In this document: in pieces, positions 1-11,600 of the stretch
Layout of the letters: each line of letters starts with the position of its first letter
Position numbering within the stretch: the first letter of the stretch is position 1
Virus record (IMG/VR): IMGVR_UViG_3300037454_001182
Location: 1-64,000 of that record
Length of the DNA: 64,000 nucleotides
Source of the DNA: a virus
Taxonomy: Duplodnaviria > Caudoviricetes
Reading direction: 5' to 3' (one strand)
Made by a program: the position numbers and the translations under genes
The notes under the pieces: model-generated
The model's database searches: none
What the model was told of the DNA's origin: nothing
Seen by the model: the letters and a program-made list of their open reading frames with translations, nothing else

Positions 1-1242
1 ATGGCAACGGTACACATCTATCTTGACAAAAGGAGTTTGCGAGGGTCAGAAGCGCAACTCAAAATCGGAATCAACAAAAAGGGTTCGTCTGCATACATAC
101 CCCTTGGCCAGTGGATTCTACCCAGTCAGTGGGATAAGGTTCGGGAGAAAGTCAAGGAACACCCGAACAAAGTCAAAATCAACTCCTACATCACAAACCG
201 CAAAACCGCAATCTGCAATTTCTTGATGAGGCTAACTGAGGATGGGGAACTTACCAAACTCTCGGCCACCCAAATCAAGAATAAGATTATGGCCATGTTG
301 GAACCAAAGGAGTATGAGGCAAATTCACTCGTTAAGAGGATGGAGCTATACGCCTCAACCAGAGAGGCACAGAGTACCAAAGAGAAATACGAGCAGACAC
401 TAAAGAAGATTCTGGAATATGACAGCCACGCGAGAACGCTCACCTTTGAGGATATTTCAAAGGAGTGGTTGGATGGCTTCGACCGATTCTTGATGAAAGT
501 GTCACCTGCAAAGAATGGCCGGAACATTCACTTTCGGAATATCAGAGCCGTATTCAATGATGCCATCGACAATGACATCACCACTGCCTACCCTTTCAGA
601 AAGTTTAAGATACGGCCAGAGGCAACCCCAAAGAGGTCTCTCACCATCCATCAACTGCGCGAACTCTTCAACTACCCTGTTGAGCCGTACCAACAAAGGT
701 ATCTGGATATGTTCAAGCTGTCTTTCTACCTCATCGGAATCAATGTTACCGACCTGTGCAACCTGTATGAGATTGCCCCAGACGGACATCTGGTGTATAA
801 GAGGGCAAAGACAAAGAAAATGTACTCTATCAAGGTTGAGCCGGAAGCGATGGAGATAATAGAACGCTACCGTGGCAAAGAACACCTCTTGAACCTCATG
901 GATGATATAAAGTCACCTCGGACGTTCACGCTGAAGTTCGACCGCGCCCTCAAAGAGATTGGCCCTGTGACATACGAGCCAAACCCAGAATGGAAGCCCA
1001 GAAGCCACAAGCACAAACTCCACAAGGTGCATCATGCCGCCTTTCCTGGCCTCTCATCCTATTGGGCACGTCATACATGGGCAACGATAGCAAGTGAGTT
1101 GGATATACCCCATGAAACGATTTCTGCGGCTCTGGGTCATTCCATCACGAATAAGACTACTGCCATCTACATCAACTTCAATATGTCAAAGGTGGATGCC
1201 GCCAACCGTAAAGTGATAGACTACGTTCTGGGTAAAGAATGA
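1..1242 (+). CDS. int: Tyrosine integrase (phage integrase family)
   Basis: 413 aa; C-terminal catalytic motifs ARHTWAT, ALGHS and a downstream Tyr; N-terminal arm-binding-like region. Confidence 0.93.
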   Translation: MATVHIYLDKRSLRGSEAQLKIGINKKGSSAYIPLGQWILPSQWDKVREKVKEHPNKVKINSYITNRKTAICNFLMRLTEDGELTKLSATQIKNKIMAMLEPKEYEANSLVKRMELYASTREAQSTKEKYEQTLKKILEYDSHARTLTFEDISKEWLDGFDRFLMKVSPAKNGRNIHFRNIRAVFNDAIDNDITTAYPFRKFKIRPEATPKRSLTIHQLRELFNYPVEPYQQRYLDMFKLSFYLIGINVTDLCNLYEIAPDGHLVYKRAKTKKMYSIKVEPEAMEIIERYRGKEHLLNLMDDIKSPRTFTLKFDRALKEIGPVTYEPNPEWKPRSHKHKLHKVHHAAFPGLSSYWARHTWATIASELDIPHETISAALGHSITNKTTAIYINFNMSKVDAANRKVIDYVLGKE

Positions 1243-1268
1243 GGGGTCAGCATTTCGCCAACCCCTCA
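1240..1268. terminator. Hairpin between the convergent integrase and lysis genes
   Basis: tgaggggt(1240-1247)...acccctca(1261-1268) inverted repeat; no clear U-tract. Confidence 0.55.
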
Positions 1269-1271
1269 ACT

Positions 1272-1883
1272 CTACTTGATAGTGAACTTTCTCACCACCC
1301 CATAGACTGCAAACGCTATCAGCAATAATGTGACGATGATTGCCGCACCGCCATAGTCAATTTTCAGTTGCTCCCACCATGATAGTTTTTTCTCCACTAC
1401 CTTTGTCTGTTTGACAGTCTTGTACTTGTATTTGACTGTCACGCTGTCAGTCTTTTCGATGGGCTTCTGGAACTCGACAGGCTTTTGCTGTGGCTTTGTC
1501 TCTAAAGAGTGGAACAGAGTACCGTCTGGATTGATTCTGGCATCAGACTGTGCATAGTCATTCTCCAGATGTGAGACACTATCTGCCGTGGTACGTTCTG
1601 CGGTCTGCTTGGGTATCTCGACAAACAGGGTGTCAGTCACATAGATGGTCTCAGTCTTTACATGGGTCTCTGTGCTGTCACGCTCCACGGTCTGGGTCTC
1701 ATTAACCAGATTCTTGCATGGGCAGCACGATCCAAATAGACCGCAAATTAGTAGTCCTACAACAAGAGCGACTATATACCCTATTCCAGAGAGACAGCCG
1801 ACTTTCTGCGCCTCTTCTGGGGATAGGTCTTTCATCAACTCTTGATTGAGCCACTGGTCATTAGGATTCTGATAGTTTATCAT
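1272..1883 (-). CDS. Putative spanin (u-spanin-like lipoprotein)
   Basis: Hydrophobic segment ending in lipobox-like FGSC, beta-rich middle, C-terminal TM helix; directly downstream of the endolysin. Confidence 0.6.
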   Translation of the reverse strand: MINYQNPNDQWLNQELMKDLSPEEAQKVGCLSGIGYIVALVVGLLICGLFGSCCPCKNLVNETQTVERDSTETHVKTETIYVTDTLFVEIPKQTAERTTADSVSHLENDYAQSDARINPDGTLFHSLETKPQQKPVEFQKPIEKTDSVTVKYKYKTVKQTKVVEKKLSWWEQLKIDYGGAAIIVTLLLIAFAVYGVVRKFTIK

Positions 1884-2467
1884 ACGCCTTTGATGTAGTT
1901 TACTATTCCGTCAACGTGGAGTTGTACGATTGTCTGTTTGCCCTGTTCCGACATGAGGTAAGCGGCCTCATCCCTGTTGTCTTGGAACAGGTTCTCAGTC
2001 AGAACAGCCGGACAGTTGGTGTCTCGCACGATGGCGAAATTTCCTGTGAAATACTTGCATGGTGGAACGAAACGGTTGCCCTTTAGGTTGTGTTTCTCAG
2101 CCTCCTTATACAAGGTCTGAGCAAGCCTTTTGCTGTTGGCACTTGCATTGGGAGCAATCCAACCAGTCCAACCGCTTGCATCATGCCATTTACCATCACT
2201 CTTTGCCGCATTGAGGTGTATGGAGATAAGGAGGCAGTTCTTAGCCCCCTTATCCTTACACACGGCATTGACCCTACGGCAACGGACAGAGAGAGGAATG
2301 TCTGTCTCTTCTGGAACGATACGCTTCACTTCATAGCCTTTCATCTTCAAAGCTGCTTCAAGCCTCTTTGCGATGTCTCTTGCCCATGCGTATTCGCGCA
2401 ATTTCCCATCGGGACTACACTTGCCTCCAGTGTTCGAGCCGTGGCCGTTGTCGATAAGTATTACCAT
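1880..2467 (-). CDS. Endolysin, N-acetylmuramoyl-L-alanine amidase (Amidase_3)
   Basis: ILIDNGHG, E, SIHLNA and VLTENLF zinc-amidase motifs. Confidence 0.92.
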   Translation of the reverse strand: MVILIDNGHGSNTGGKCSPDGKLREYAWARDIAKRLEAALKMKGYEVKRIVPEETDIPLSVRCRRVNAVCKDKGAKNCLLISIHLNAAKSDGKWHDASGWTGWIAPNASANSKRLAQTLYKEAEKHNLKGNRFVPPCKYFTGNFAIVRDTNCPAVLTENLFQDNRDEAAYLMSEQGKQTIVQLHVDGIVNYIKGV

Positions 2468-2470
2468 AAC

Positions 2471-2827
2471 TTAATATCCGTTTTGAGGTTCACGATTCGG
2501 GCATTTCTTGACCACACACCGATACATCTGCAATTCCAGTTCTAACCTGCTCTTCTCTTTGAGAAGTTCATAGTTATCATCCTGTACCTTACGAAGTCTC
2601 TGTGTCTGTTCTACAAAACGCTTTTCTTTCTCCGCGTCCTGTTGCACCTGTTCATGCAGTTGCTCCTGCAGGAACGATACGGTGTCTTTCAGTACGCCAA
2701 ACTCCAAGGAATCAGCCTCGGCCTCTTCCTTTCGCATATTGGTTTTGATGTTGAGCAGGTACTTGACAAGTTCCCACCCTCCAACGGCACCAACCGCACT
2801 GATGATTCCAACAATTACTTCTGTCAT
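2471..2827 (-). CDS. Holin-like membrane protein (N-terminal TM plus coiled coil)
   Basis: Single N-terminal hydrophobic helix; immediately upstream of the endolysin. Confidence 0.5.
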   Translation of the reverse strand: MTEVIVGIISAVGAVGGWELVKYLLNIKTNMRKEEAEADSLEFGVLKDTVSFLQEQLHEQVQQDAEKEKRFVEQTQRLRKVQDDNYELLKEKSRLELELQMYRCVVKKCPNREPQNGY

Positions 2828-2899
2828 TCTTGATTTGGATTTTGAGGTTCTACATATAACCCTCCACCCTTGCAGCCAGAACCAAGGAATGTAGGATTG

Positions 2900-3349
2900 T
2901 CAGATATTCAATGCGAGAACAAGCAACGTCAATACTGTTACCTCACCCCAGAAACACCATGATTCCCATTTCGTCTCTGCCATTATCAGACCATAGACGA
3001 ACCAACCAAATAGCACCTGTGGGCATACGATAGCAGTAACAGCCGTAGCACAACACGCACACATGATACCACCGATGTAATGCAGTGGGGCGTTCTCAGT
3101 CCGATAGTATGAGGATGCAGCGACACACAACAGCCCTACCACTGACAGGAAGCCGATAAACTGCAAATTGTCTGGCAGGTTATCCATCAAGTCGGGCATC
3201 AGCAAACCACCTATAAGGGCTATCCACGCTGAGAAAGCCCAATGAGGTATGATGTAGGCTATTTCAGACACCGAATCTGGAATACCATCTTTCTTGACGA
3301 TGGCGTAAGGCATCATGCCCCATGCCACCAGTAAGGCTATTATGCTCAT
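2900..3349 (-). CDS. Multi-pass membrane protein
   Basis: 149 aa with about 4-5 hydrophobic segments. Confidence 0.6.
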   Translation of the reverse strand: MSIIALLVAWGMMPYAIVKKDGIPDSVSEIAYIIPHWAFSAWIALIGGLLMPDLMDNLPDNLQFIGFLSVVGLLCVAASSYYRTENAPLHYIGGIMCACCATAVTAIVCPQVLFGWFVYGLIMAETKWESWCFWGEVTVLTLLVLALNI

Positions 3350-3849
3350 TCTTCATCATCGTTTAAGTCCAACGTCTCGACCCACTGCAAGGCAGCATCT
3401 TTCTCAGCCCACCCCTCATTGAGAGCGGTCATGATGAACGTGATGGCCTTGGTGTAGAAGTCCGTAAACTCTTCCATATCCTCAAAGGTATGGTACACTG
3501 GCACACCCATCTCATCCTCTCCGAGTTTGAACTTGACTGGCAGTGAGGCACCCTGTGTCTGCACGGCCACGTCAAAGGCGGCTTTGAAGTTGAACTGGTT
3601 TTCACTTGACAGCCAGACGTTCTTTCCCTCCCACTGGTAGCCAGTGAGAATCGTTCTGTCTGTCTCTGCGTTCACTTGGTCATGTATGACTGCTATCACC
3701 TCTTCTTTCGTGGGGATATGGTCAAACACATGGCGAAAATCATAGCCCTGGCCATTCTCTTCACCGTAACCGTAAATCAGCACGGTTTTCTTTGTACCGT
3801 GGACGATGAGGCTGTCATGCCTCTGGTCTGTTCCAAAAATCTTTTCCAT
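3346..3849 (-). CDS. Phage protein, DUF4376-like
   Basis: WLSSENQFNFKAAFD motif resembles phage tail-associated DUF4376 proteins. Confidence 0.5.
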   Translation of the reverse strand: MEKIFGTDQRHDSLIVHGTKKTVLIYGYGEENGQGYDFRHVFDHIPTKEEVIAVIHDQVNAETDRTILTGYQWEGKNVWLSSENQFNFKAAFDVAVQTQGASLPVKFKLGEDEMGVPVYHTFEDMEEFTDFYTKAITFIMTALNEGWAEKDAALQWVETLDLNDDEE

Positions 3850-3861
3850 AATCTAAACTTT

Positions 3862-5217
3862 TTATGTGAATTGATAACGTACCTTTCCTTGACCAAAGAA
3901 CTGCGGTGTGATGGTGGTGCCGAAAGGCAGCTTACCACTCTTTCGCAACTCATTGAGCCAGAACTTCTGTTCTGAATCATTTGTGAGATACTTGCACATA
4001 GTACCATCGTCTTTCTGGAACTGCACCACATAACGAGGGCCGTTCTGAGTAGGCACGTCTGGCTCAAAGTCAATGATTGTAATGTGAGTGTTTACGAGTG
4101 CGCGAAGATTCTCTGGATTTCCCTGTAAGATACGCTTTCCATCCTTACCTGTGAAGTTCACGCCCTCTGCTTGCTTTTGTTTCTTTAGTTCTGCAAATGA
4201 ATCCATGTTTTTACCAGTTAATTTCTTGTATAAGTGTTTTGCATCGCACCATTTAGCCATGCCTTTAAGACTGCCGATTATCTCCTGTCTGCGCTTGCGG
4301 CTCTTAATCTTAGCCAACTTACGAGCGGCTTTCTGCTTGGTTCTTTTCCTCAACCTCGCTTTCTTGCCATCGTACACATACCCCAGAAAGTCTATACCCT
4401 CCGAGATAGGCTTCACGCTTTCATTGGGTTTTATCTCCAGACCCACCTCGGCCACCTTTTCATGGATGATGTCGCGGATAATCCACAACTTTTCTTTCGT
4501 TGAGGCCAGTATCACCATATCATCGCAATAGCGGTAGTAATACTTTATACCCAACTCATCCTTGATGTAGTGGTCGAGGAAACTAAGGATGATATTGCCG
4601 TAGCACTGTGACGAGCGCAATCCGATAGACAAGCCCTTTGGCATCATGGTCACGAAATCATGGAGCATTGGCAGTAATATGGGGTCTTTGATGTAACTCT
4701 GTACCACACCCCACATCACATTCTGGTCTATGCTCTCAAAGAACTTGCGAATGTCACACTTGTAAAAGTATGCCGTACCCTCGCGGTCATTCTCGATGTC
4801 GTGTCTCATCTTCGCAAACAGCTTGTGCATGCCCCTACCAGGTATGCTTGCAGCCGATGTACGGATAACACTTGGGTAAATCTTATCTTCAACCACTCGC
4901 ATGATGGCATTGCAACCGATTCTGTCAGTCACACATGGGCTTTGAACGGTTCTCACCTTTGGCCCATCCTTGACTTCCATTTCCCGATAGCCTTTCACCC
5001 TAAACGTGCCATCTGCAATCTCCTTAGTCAGTCTGGCGATTACCTCTTCCCTGTGACTGCGATAGGTGGTGCGTCTGCCGGACAACACCGTTTTCTTTCC
5101 CTTGTGGGTAAAGGTACGCGGATTGTCTGGCAGTTGGTCAACCACCTCATCAAACGCCCTATCCATGTTAGCACGTTCAACAATCTTTGGAATCAGATAA
5201 CCGTATCTCTTTGGCAT
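3862..5217 (-). CDS. DGR reverse transcriptase with a fused C-terminal domain of about 114 aa
   Basis: KCDIRKFF, GLSIGLRSSQ (DGR-type IGxxxSQ), YRYCDD and IDFLGY motifs; adjacent TR/VR pair. Confidence 0.95.
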   Translation of the reverse strand: MPKRYGYLIPKIVERANMDRAFDEVVDQLPDNPRTFTHKGKKTVLSGRRTTYRSHREEVIARLTKEIADGTFRVKGYREMEVKDGPKVRTVQSPCVTDRIGCNAIMRVVEDKIYPSVIRTSAASIPGRGMHKLFAKMRHDIENDREGTAYFYKCDIRKFFESIDQNVMWGVVQSYIKDPILLPMLHDFVTMMPKGLSIGLRSSQCYGNIILSFLDHYIKDELGIKYYYRYCDDMVILASTKEKLWIIRDIIHEKVAEVGLEIKPNESVKPISEGIDFLGYVYDGKKARLRKRTKQKAARKLAKIKSRKRRQEIIGSLKGMAKWCDAKHLYKKLTGKNMDSFAELKKQKQAEGVNFTGKDGKRILQGNPENLRALVNTHITIIDFEPDVPTQNGPRYVVQFQKDDGTMCKYLTNDSEQKFWLNELRKSGKLPFGTTITPQFFGQGKVRYQFT

Positions 5218-5440
5218 GATAAAATAAGTTTCTTCTTCGTTCGTGCGGTCATAGCACTTTCGAGCATAATGCCTACTTGCCCATCATCGACCGCACCCTG
5301 TGATGTTCTGGCTTTCCGTGTTTCCACGCTGTTGCCAAGGTTCCAATCCCTCGCTGACTGTCATTGACTATCCCGTAGTCATTCACCGTAGCAACGATTA
5401 AACTTCCAGTGATTTCTCACCGTGAAGCAGAGTTGATTTA
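5218..5440 (-). other. Structured spacer between TR and RT (part of the DGR template RNA)
   Basis: Non-coding; 8-bp stem gtgcggtc(5243-5250)/gaccgcac(5289-5296); hairpin tgacta-tcccg-tagtca (5365-5381). Confidence 0.6.
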
Positions 5441-5554
5441 GCAGAGGCGACCGCCGTTGTTCGTGTTCGAGTTCGATGAAGCGTTATTCGTGTTCGAATA
5501 AGCGACACCTGCATTCGCATTCGCGTTGTTGTTCGAGCGACCGAGAACGCGGCC
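5441..5554 (-). repeat. DGR template repeat (TR), 114 nt
   Basis: Sense strand has 12 AAY codons and 29 adenines; differs from VR1 only at adenines. Confidence 0.95.
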
Positions 5555-5611
5555 CGTGGGATTTTCCACCTTTTGTTTCATATACATTTTTTGTTTCATT
5601 GTTTCAAAGTC

Positions 5612-5647
5612 GAGGGGATGGATGGCCTTTCGACCACCCACACCCTC
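5612..5647 (-). other. GAAA-loop hairpin between the VR1 gene end and TR
   Basis: GAGGGUGUGGGUGGUC-GAAA-GGCCAUCCAUCCCCUC: 16 stem positions, 1 mismatch, 3 G-U pairs. Confidence 0.65.
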
Positions 5648-5655
5648 ATTTCCAG

Positions 5656-8600
5656 TTAGTCGCACAACTCGCTCTCGTTCTCGATTTCTCCGAAGAAGCA
5701 GAGGCGACCGCCGCTGAACGTGTACGAGTACGATGAAGCGTTACCCGTGCTCGAATAAGCGACACCCGCATACGCATTCGCGTAGTTGTGCGAGCGACCG
5801 AGAACGCGGCCTTTACCACTATTGGCAGATTGATAGGCCGCATAGCACATCGCATAGGTAGTTTCGTTGGTATAGGCTGATGCCACAATATCACAATATC
5901 TACCGAAGCGGACACGCGCTGCACAGGTGGCTTGGTTGTCACTTGCAGCCTTAACCCTACGCTCTTGACCGTCCTGTTGCAAGATGTTGTAGTAGTAATC
6001 TACCGCCCATGCGGCTTGCTCTACACGTCTGGCTTTCTTGAACGCATCGAATGAGGGCGCATTCATACAACCCTTATCAGTCCACTCATACATTGTAGCA
6101 GTCCACGCTTCAAGACCCCACATCTTATTCATTTCGTTGGTGGCGTAGTATGATGTATCACCAAAGGCGATGCTGTTTCTCACGCCAGTAGTGTAGTCTG
6201 GCGAACTACCACGGCCTACAAGGGTTTCTATGTCACGAGTACCGAACCATGCCATAAGCAGGTTGGCCATATCCTTTGAGGTCTCATAGGGAACGGTGGA
6301 ATAGCCCTCACCACGAATGGATGCAAGGTTGAAGAAATCCTGTGCGGTGCCGTTGATAGATACCGATGGCAGGGCAGTAGGATTACCGTCACTGTCGTAA
6401 CTCCATTCTTTCTGTGTAGATGTACCGTTACCTCTGGAGGTTCTCTTTCCACTGATAGAACGCAAACCGCTCGTTGGTGTACCACCTGTTACGATACCTG
6501 CGGCAAAACCTTGGTAGATACCGATGAGTTCTGACTTATGCTCTACCCAGTCTGGCTCTATGGCCTCGATTTCGGATGAATCAGTCAGAATGACTTGCGG
6601 CAGTTTGGCGGCAGCAGTCTTTCTACAAGCGAAATACAGGTACTTCGCATTGTCGGGAACAGTGAGGAACACATAATCACCCAAATCATTGTCGAAGTCG
6701 GATGGGTTCACGATGCTACCATTCTTCACTACGTCTGTCATGGTGAATGTGAAGAGTTCCACCAGTTTTCCGTTGGCATCAGCAAATGCCGAACAGAAGT
6801 AACTATGCCTCATGCCAGGGAAGCGCACTTGCTTCATTCCGCTGACATCTACCTTATACAGATTGCACTCGGTAGCGGTAGCGAGGATGGATGAATCGTA
6901 GTTATCACCAACAGAGAAATAGCGGTTGTCTATGACCTTACCATCAACCTCCAGAAGATTTGCCAATACCAGTTTTTGCGTGATAGTGGCTGTGCTTACA
7001 GGTGTGGTTGTCCTACTTGACAGGAAGAGGTGCTTTCTGGCATTCTTGAAGTCATTCACGCCCTTGTAGTAATACTTGGGCAGGTAGAGGAACATATCAT
7101 ACATTTCACCGTTGGGGTCGGTAGGATTGAATGCGTCACCGTCTGCGGTCAGATTCAGACTGCTCTTAGAAATCTTCGTACAGTGCATCTTGTGAGACAC
7201 TGGATTGATGATGCCGGAAACAATCTGGCATCTGTCATGGATGGATTTCACATGACCACTGGCGTTATATCCATTGGGATGCGCTCTCTCGTACTCTTCA
7301 CCCTCTACGCGGTGCTGATAGCCTGTCTGGTTGTCAACATTCGTGACGTTGGCAGGGTCAGTTTCCTCATCTTCAAAGACATACTCTGAATACTGTGCCT
7401 CTGTGAGTTCCAGACCGCAACGCTCAAAGAACGCTTGCATTTCTGCGAAATCATCTACCACGTCAATGAGTTGGACGGAACCAATCAGTGCCGGATACGT
7501 CTGTTCTGCGCCTGTTGCTGTCAAGCCCATATATCCAGACATGAACGGACGGAGTACAGAAGAGCGGACGCGGCCACTCATACCCTCAATACGCACATGG
7601 TCGATATTGCTGCACTGCTGCAACAGGACACGCCAATCAAGGTGAGGACACTCTGCGAAGTTCAATGCCCTTACTGCACCTGCATTCTGCAAGGTCAGTC
7701 CGCTATGCGTCAAGTTAGGCAGATAGCGCAAAGTGAGTGTAGTCAGAGTGGATGGCAGAACCAGTGTAGTAGTGGGTGCGCCCTCTGCCAGTTTGACAGT
7801 CGTGAGGCTCGTACCACCTGCCAGAAGTGTAGTCAGTCGCGTATGCTTCGACACGTCAAAGACACCTGCCGTTCCAGTGTGTACGCCTGTCTGCCCTGTG
7901 ATGTCGATATACTGGAGTTTGGATGAATCACCGAGTGTCAGAGGCGCATTTGCTACGCCATTGGTTGCAGGCATCACCAGTTTAGACAGCATCGAGCAAA
8001 GAGAGAGGTTCACCGTACCGTTCAACTGACTGCCCATGTTGGTAAGGTCAAGTTCCTTGATGCAACTTGCACCACCGAGCATGAGGGGGTCATTGGTTGC
8101 CAACCTCTGCGAGAACTGCAACGTCAACTCTTCGTTGAGGTCTGCACGGCTTGGGCCTTGGAGCCAGATACCATTTAACTTGTAGCCAAAGTAGTAGAGG
8201 TCACCACTCTTCAACTTCATGGAAGAGACTGCATCGTTGGCCTCGCGTACCACCGTGAATGTCACAACGTCACCATTGTAAGCACCTGCACCATATCTGG
8301 CATCCAGAAGTCGGGCGCGGTCGGTGAGGAACGCTGTAATATGGGCTTCACGGTTTCCAGTCAGCGTATAGACGTAGTTCATGGTGTCGATAGTATCAAT
8401 GTACTTCAACTTTCCAGATTTGTTATACTGTCTCTCTGACCAGTTGCCAATCATGTTTCCGACAAACTCATCAAGGGCGGCTTGCGTGGTCAGTTGGTTA
8501 CGGAGGTTGGCGGCACACTGCTTCAGCTCATCCTCGAAGTTGGCGAGTACCAGACACCAGAGCCATGAACTGTGACCCTCAAAGGCATATTTAGCACGTT

Positions 8601-11600
8601 CTGAATCGTAGCTGTCGCGTGTGATATTATAGAGGTACACGATAAAGGCATCATTTCGGATAGCCTCCCATGTATCACCATCATAGAATGTAGAATACCA
8701 TTTCAGACCGTCCCACGTTCTCCAGAGGATATTCTTTGCCAACTGGTCTTTACCTGCGAGATAGTCAATGATGAGGTAGTACGTCAACAGGTGGTTGCGG
8801 TCGAAGTAGTTTGAAATCTCAGTCTTGAACTTATTCGACACCCATTTTGCCTTGCTCTCTGCACTCCAACCTGCGGCGGTGCCGTAGTCTGGATTAGAAC
8901 GCATGGCTGATGGTACGCAATCATAAAGCCAACCCATCCAACGCTTGATAGCGGCTCTGGCTCCTGGCAGTGGCTTCACTGACCATTTGTTTTTACCTGC
9001 ATCCCATTGGCCCTCATCGACATTTGCCCACTTGGCATCCTCTGGATAGTTGAACTCGAAGCCATCATCGAATTTGTCTGCAAGTTGGTTGGCCAATGCG
9101 GTGCTGTTCTCTGAACCTGCAGGCTGGAACAACGTCATTGGTGAGTTGTTATCCAGAGCCTCCAGAGCGATAGGACACGGCCAATGGTTGCCCAAAACAG
9201 GCTGCATTACTCCATGCTCATCTTCCTCTTCCTCACCAGTAGGAACGAGAATACCAGTAGCAGGTTCCATGCCGAAGATGGTAGCGGACTTGGATTTCTC
9301 ATTGTTCAACACAAACTGACCGCAATAGGTTAATGCACCTACCTCACTCTTACCTGCGAAGATGTCACATGGCAAACCGTCCACGGACTGCCTTACTCTT
9401 GCATCATATTCCTGTGGGGGTGTCAGCAGGTTCAACGCTCTCATGGTCGTATCAAAGAGGTGTGCGCCACCTGTGTTACCTGCCAATGAGGAATCCACAA
9501 AGTCAGTCTTACAACAGATAACACCCTGCTCGATGGAGTTTGCAGCACCACGGAGAGGATAACCCTTTGCGGTGTCTGTCACGTCCACACCACCGATAAC
9601 CAGTGAGCGTACACCGTCCTGTTCGGTAGTCAGATAGATGCGGATATTCTTGTATGGGTACTTGACGGATGAAGTACCTTGGATTCTCACGCGGACGTTT
9701 CTTGCCTCGAAGCCTTGACCGATGGAGTTTCCGTTGGAATCCAGAGGCGGCTCCCATTTTACGAGGTCGGCCTTGAAGTTCTGCTTTTTGTCAACACAAG
9801 TAAACAGGTCTGTCAAACCCATACCGCTGTCACCACTGCGAATGATGGTCAGAACGCCACGACCCTTTGAACGGAGTGCATCTTTATTGATGGCGATGTT
9901 ACCGTCTGCATCGGCTGTGTTGTTGCTGTCACCTACCGCATTTTTCTGGTGGGCGGCTTGGATGAGTGCTGCCGTAGGTCTGTCAATAATCCAGTTAGCC
10001 AGAACCTCATCGGCTGTCAGAGGTGTACGATAGTAACGGATGCCGCGTACCTGTACGTCTGCCTTGTCTGAATCGAAAGTGAGCAACTGCGGCACGTTCT
10101 GACGGAGTGCGCCAGAGTAACGGTTTGCACGGCTCAACACACCATTGATGAAGAGCATACCGAGGCCGTAACCATTGCTGACAGGCTGAACCACGAAAGC
10201 AAGGTGCATCCATTTGTCGGGGGCGATGTTCATAGCAACACCCTTTGGACGTGTCACTTTCAGACGGACAGCATGGGCAGAATCCACGATGTTGCCCTCA
10301 TAGTCGATATAGTTGCCGTATTCGTCTTTCAAATCCTCAGCGGTGGTAATCTCTTCCACACCACCAAAGAACAGTCCGGCCTCTTCGGTTGTAACCTTGA
10401 TGCCCATCGGATAACCGCTGTTGTCATTATCCCAGAGGCAGCTTACAACGGTTGCGCCACGCTCCATGACCTGCGACACCTTGATTTCCATTTCAAGAGC
10501 CATACCCCTGTTCTGGATGGAGTAGTCATTATCGGTCTCATCCAACACAAACGGCTTGATGTTGGTTTGCTGTACGGCTCCATTGGTCAACAGCATGGAA
10601 TCCACACCGTCTGCGTCTCTGTGCCATCCGTTGGTGTTGAAGTCAACGCCTTGGAACGTGGTAATGCCACCCCAATCTGAACGAGTGACAGCACTCTCAT
10701 TGTTGGTACGACCGTTGGCAGTCAGTTTCGTTCTGTAACCGATAGCCTCCTGTTCTGTCACACCTGCGGCTGCTGTGACCACAACGGCAAAGGTGCGAGT
10801 GGTTGAGCCGACTGTGACGGTCATTGCATGAGTGCCGCTTGTGTCGAAACGCTGTGATAACGTCTGCATGGTGCGGTCTGCTGCAAGGGTCTGGGTGGTG
10901 ACACCATCAACGGCAACGATAACAGTTGCCTCCAGATTTGCCGACTGCCAGGCTGCAAAATCAATGGTCAGTGAGCCGAATTGCTCTGCGGCCAGAGGTA
11001 GTGCAGTGTCACCATAGGCATAGGGTAACGGCATATCCGAAATCTGTGCAACAGGAACGGAAAGACGCATACCGAGGTAGTCTGAGGAACCACCTGCCTT
11101 TAGCAAGTCCACACTCACTACATTACTCAACAGGCCGCTTGATTCAGCAACCAACTGGATATTGTGCCTACCTGCTGAGAGGTCGGACGCATTGAGGTAC
11201 ACGTTACCTCTGGCAGTACCGCTAACGGTGGCCGTGTCAAACAGGGTGCCATCCTTATACACTCTGATAGTCGTACCTGCCGGAACGGTGTAGGTGTAAG
11301 GAATGGTGATGGTCTGGCCGTTTGTGAAACCGTTGGAAAGTGCCAGTGCTGATGCAGGGTCAAAGGTAGTGGCCAAATCCATCGTAATCACGCTAACAGA
11401 CTTGAAGCCCTGCGCCCTCTGTGATTCCTCGCCATAGACGGTCTGAGCGATGATGTAGATGTTCACCGTACCTGCCTGTGTGATAACATCGGGGCCGAGT
11501 GTCAGAACGTCCGTAGTACCTGCCGGAACATTCGGGCGCGTCTCACTGTAAACCTCAGTAGTACCAATCAAGGCGCGGATGGTAAGGGTCTGCGCTGCCG

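Noticed and set aside
1-60. attL/attP site and repressor
   Set aside because: The window starts at the integrase ATG, so no flanking sequence or repeat is visible; no convincing CI-like gene was found within the window.
3862-5217. RT as a group II intron, retron or Abi RT
   Set aside because: The DGR-type motifs and the adenine-specific TR/VR pair explain it; no intron domain V/VI or msr/msd was seen.
5438-5665. 75-aa Asn-rich ORF over the TR
   Set aside because: It is the TR read in the VR frame; AAC-rich open frames are a by-product of DGR templates and there is no independent support.
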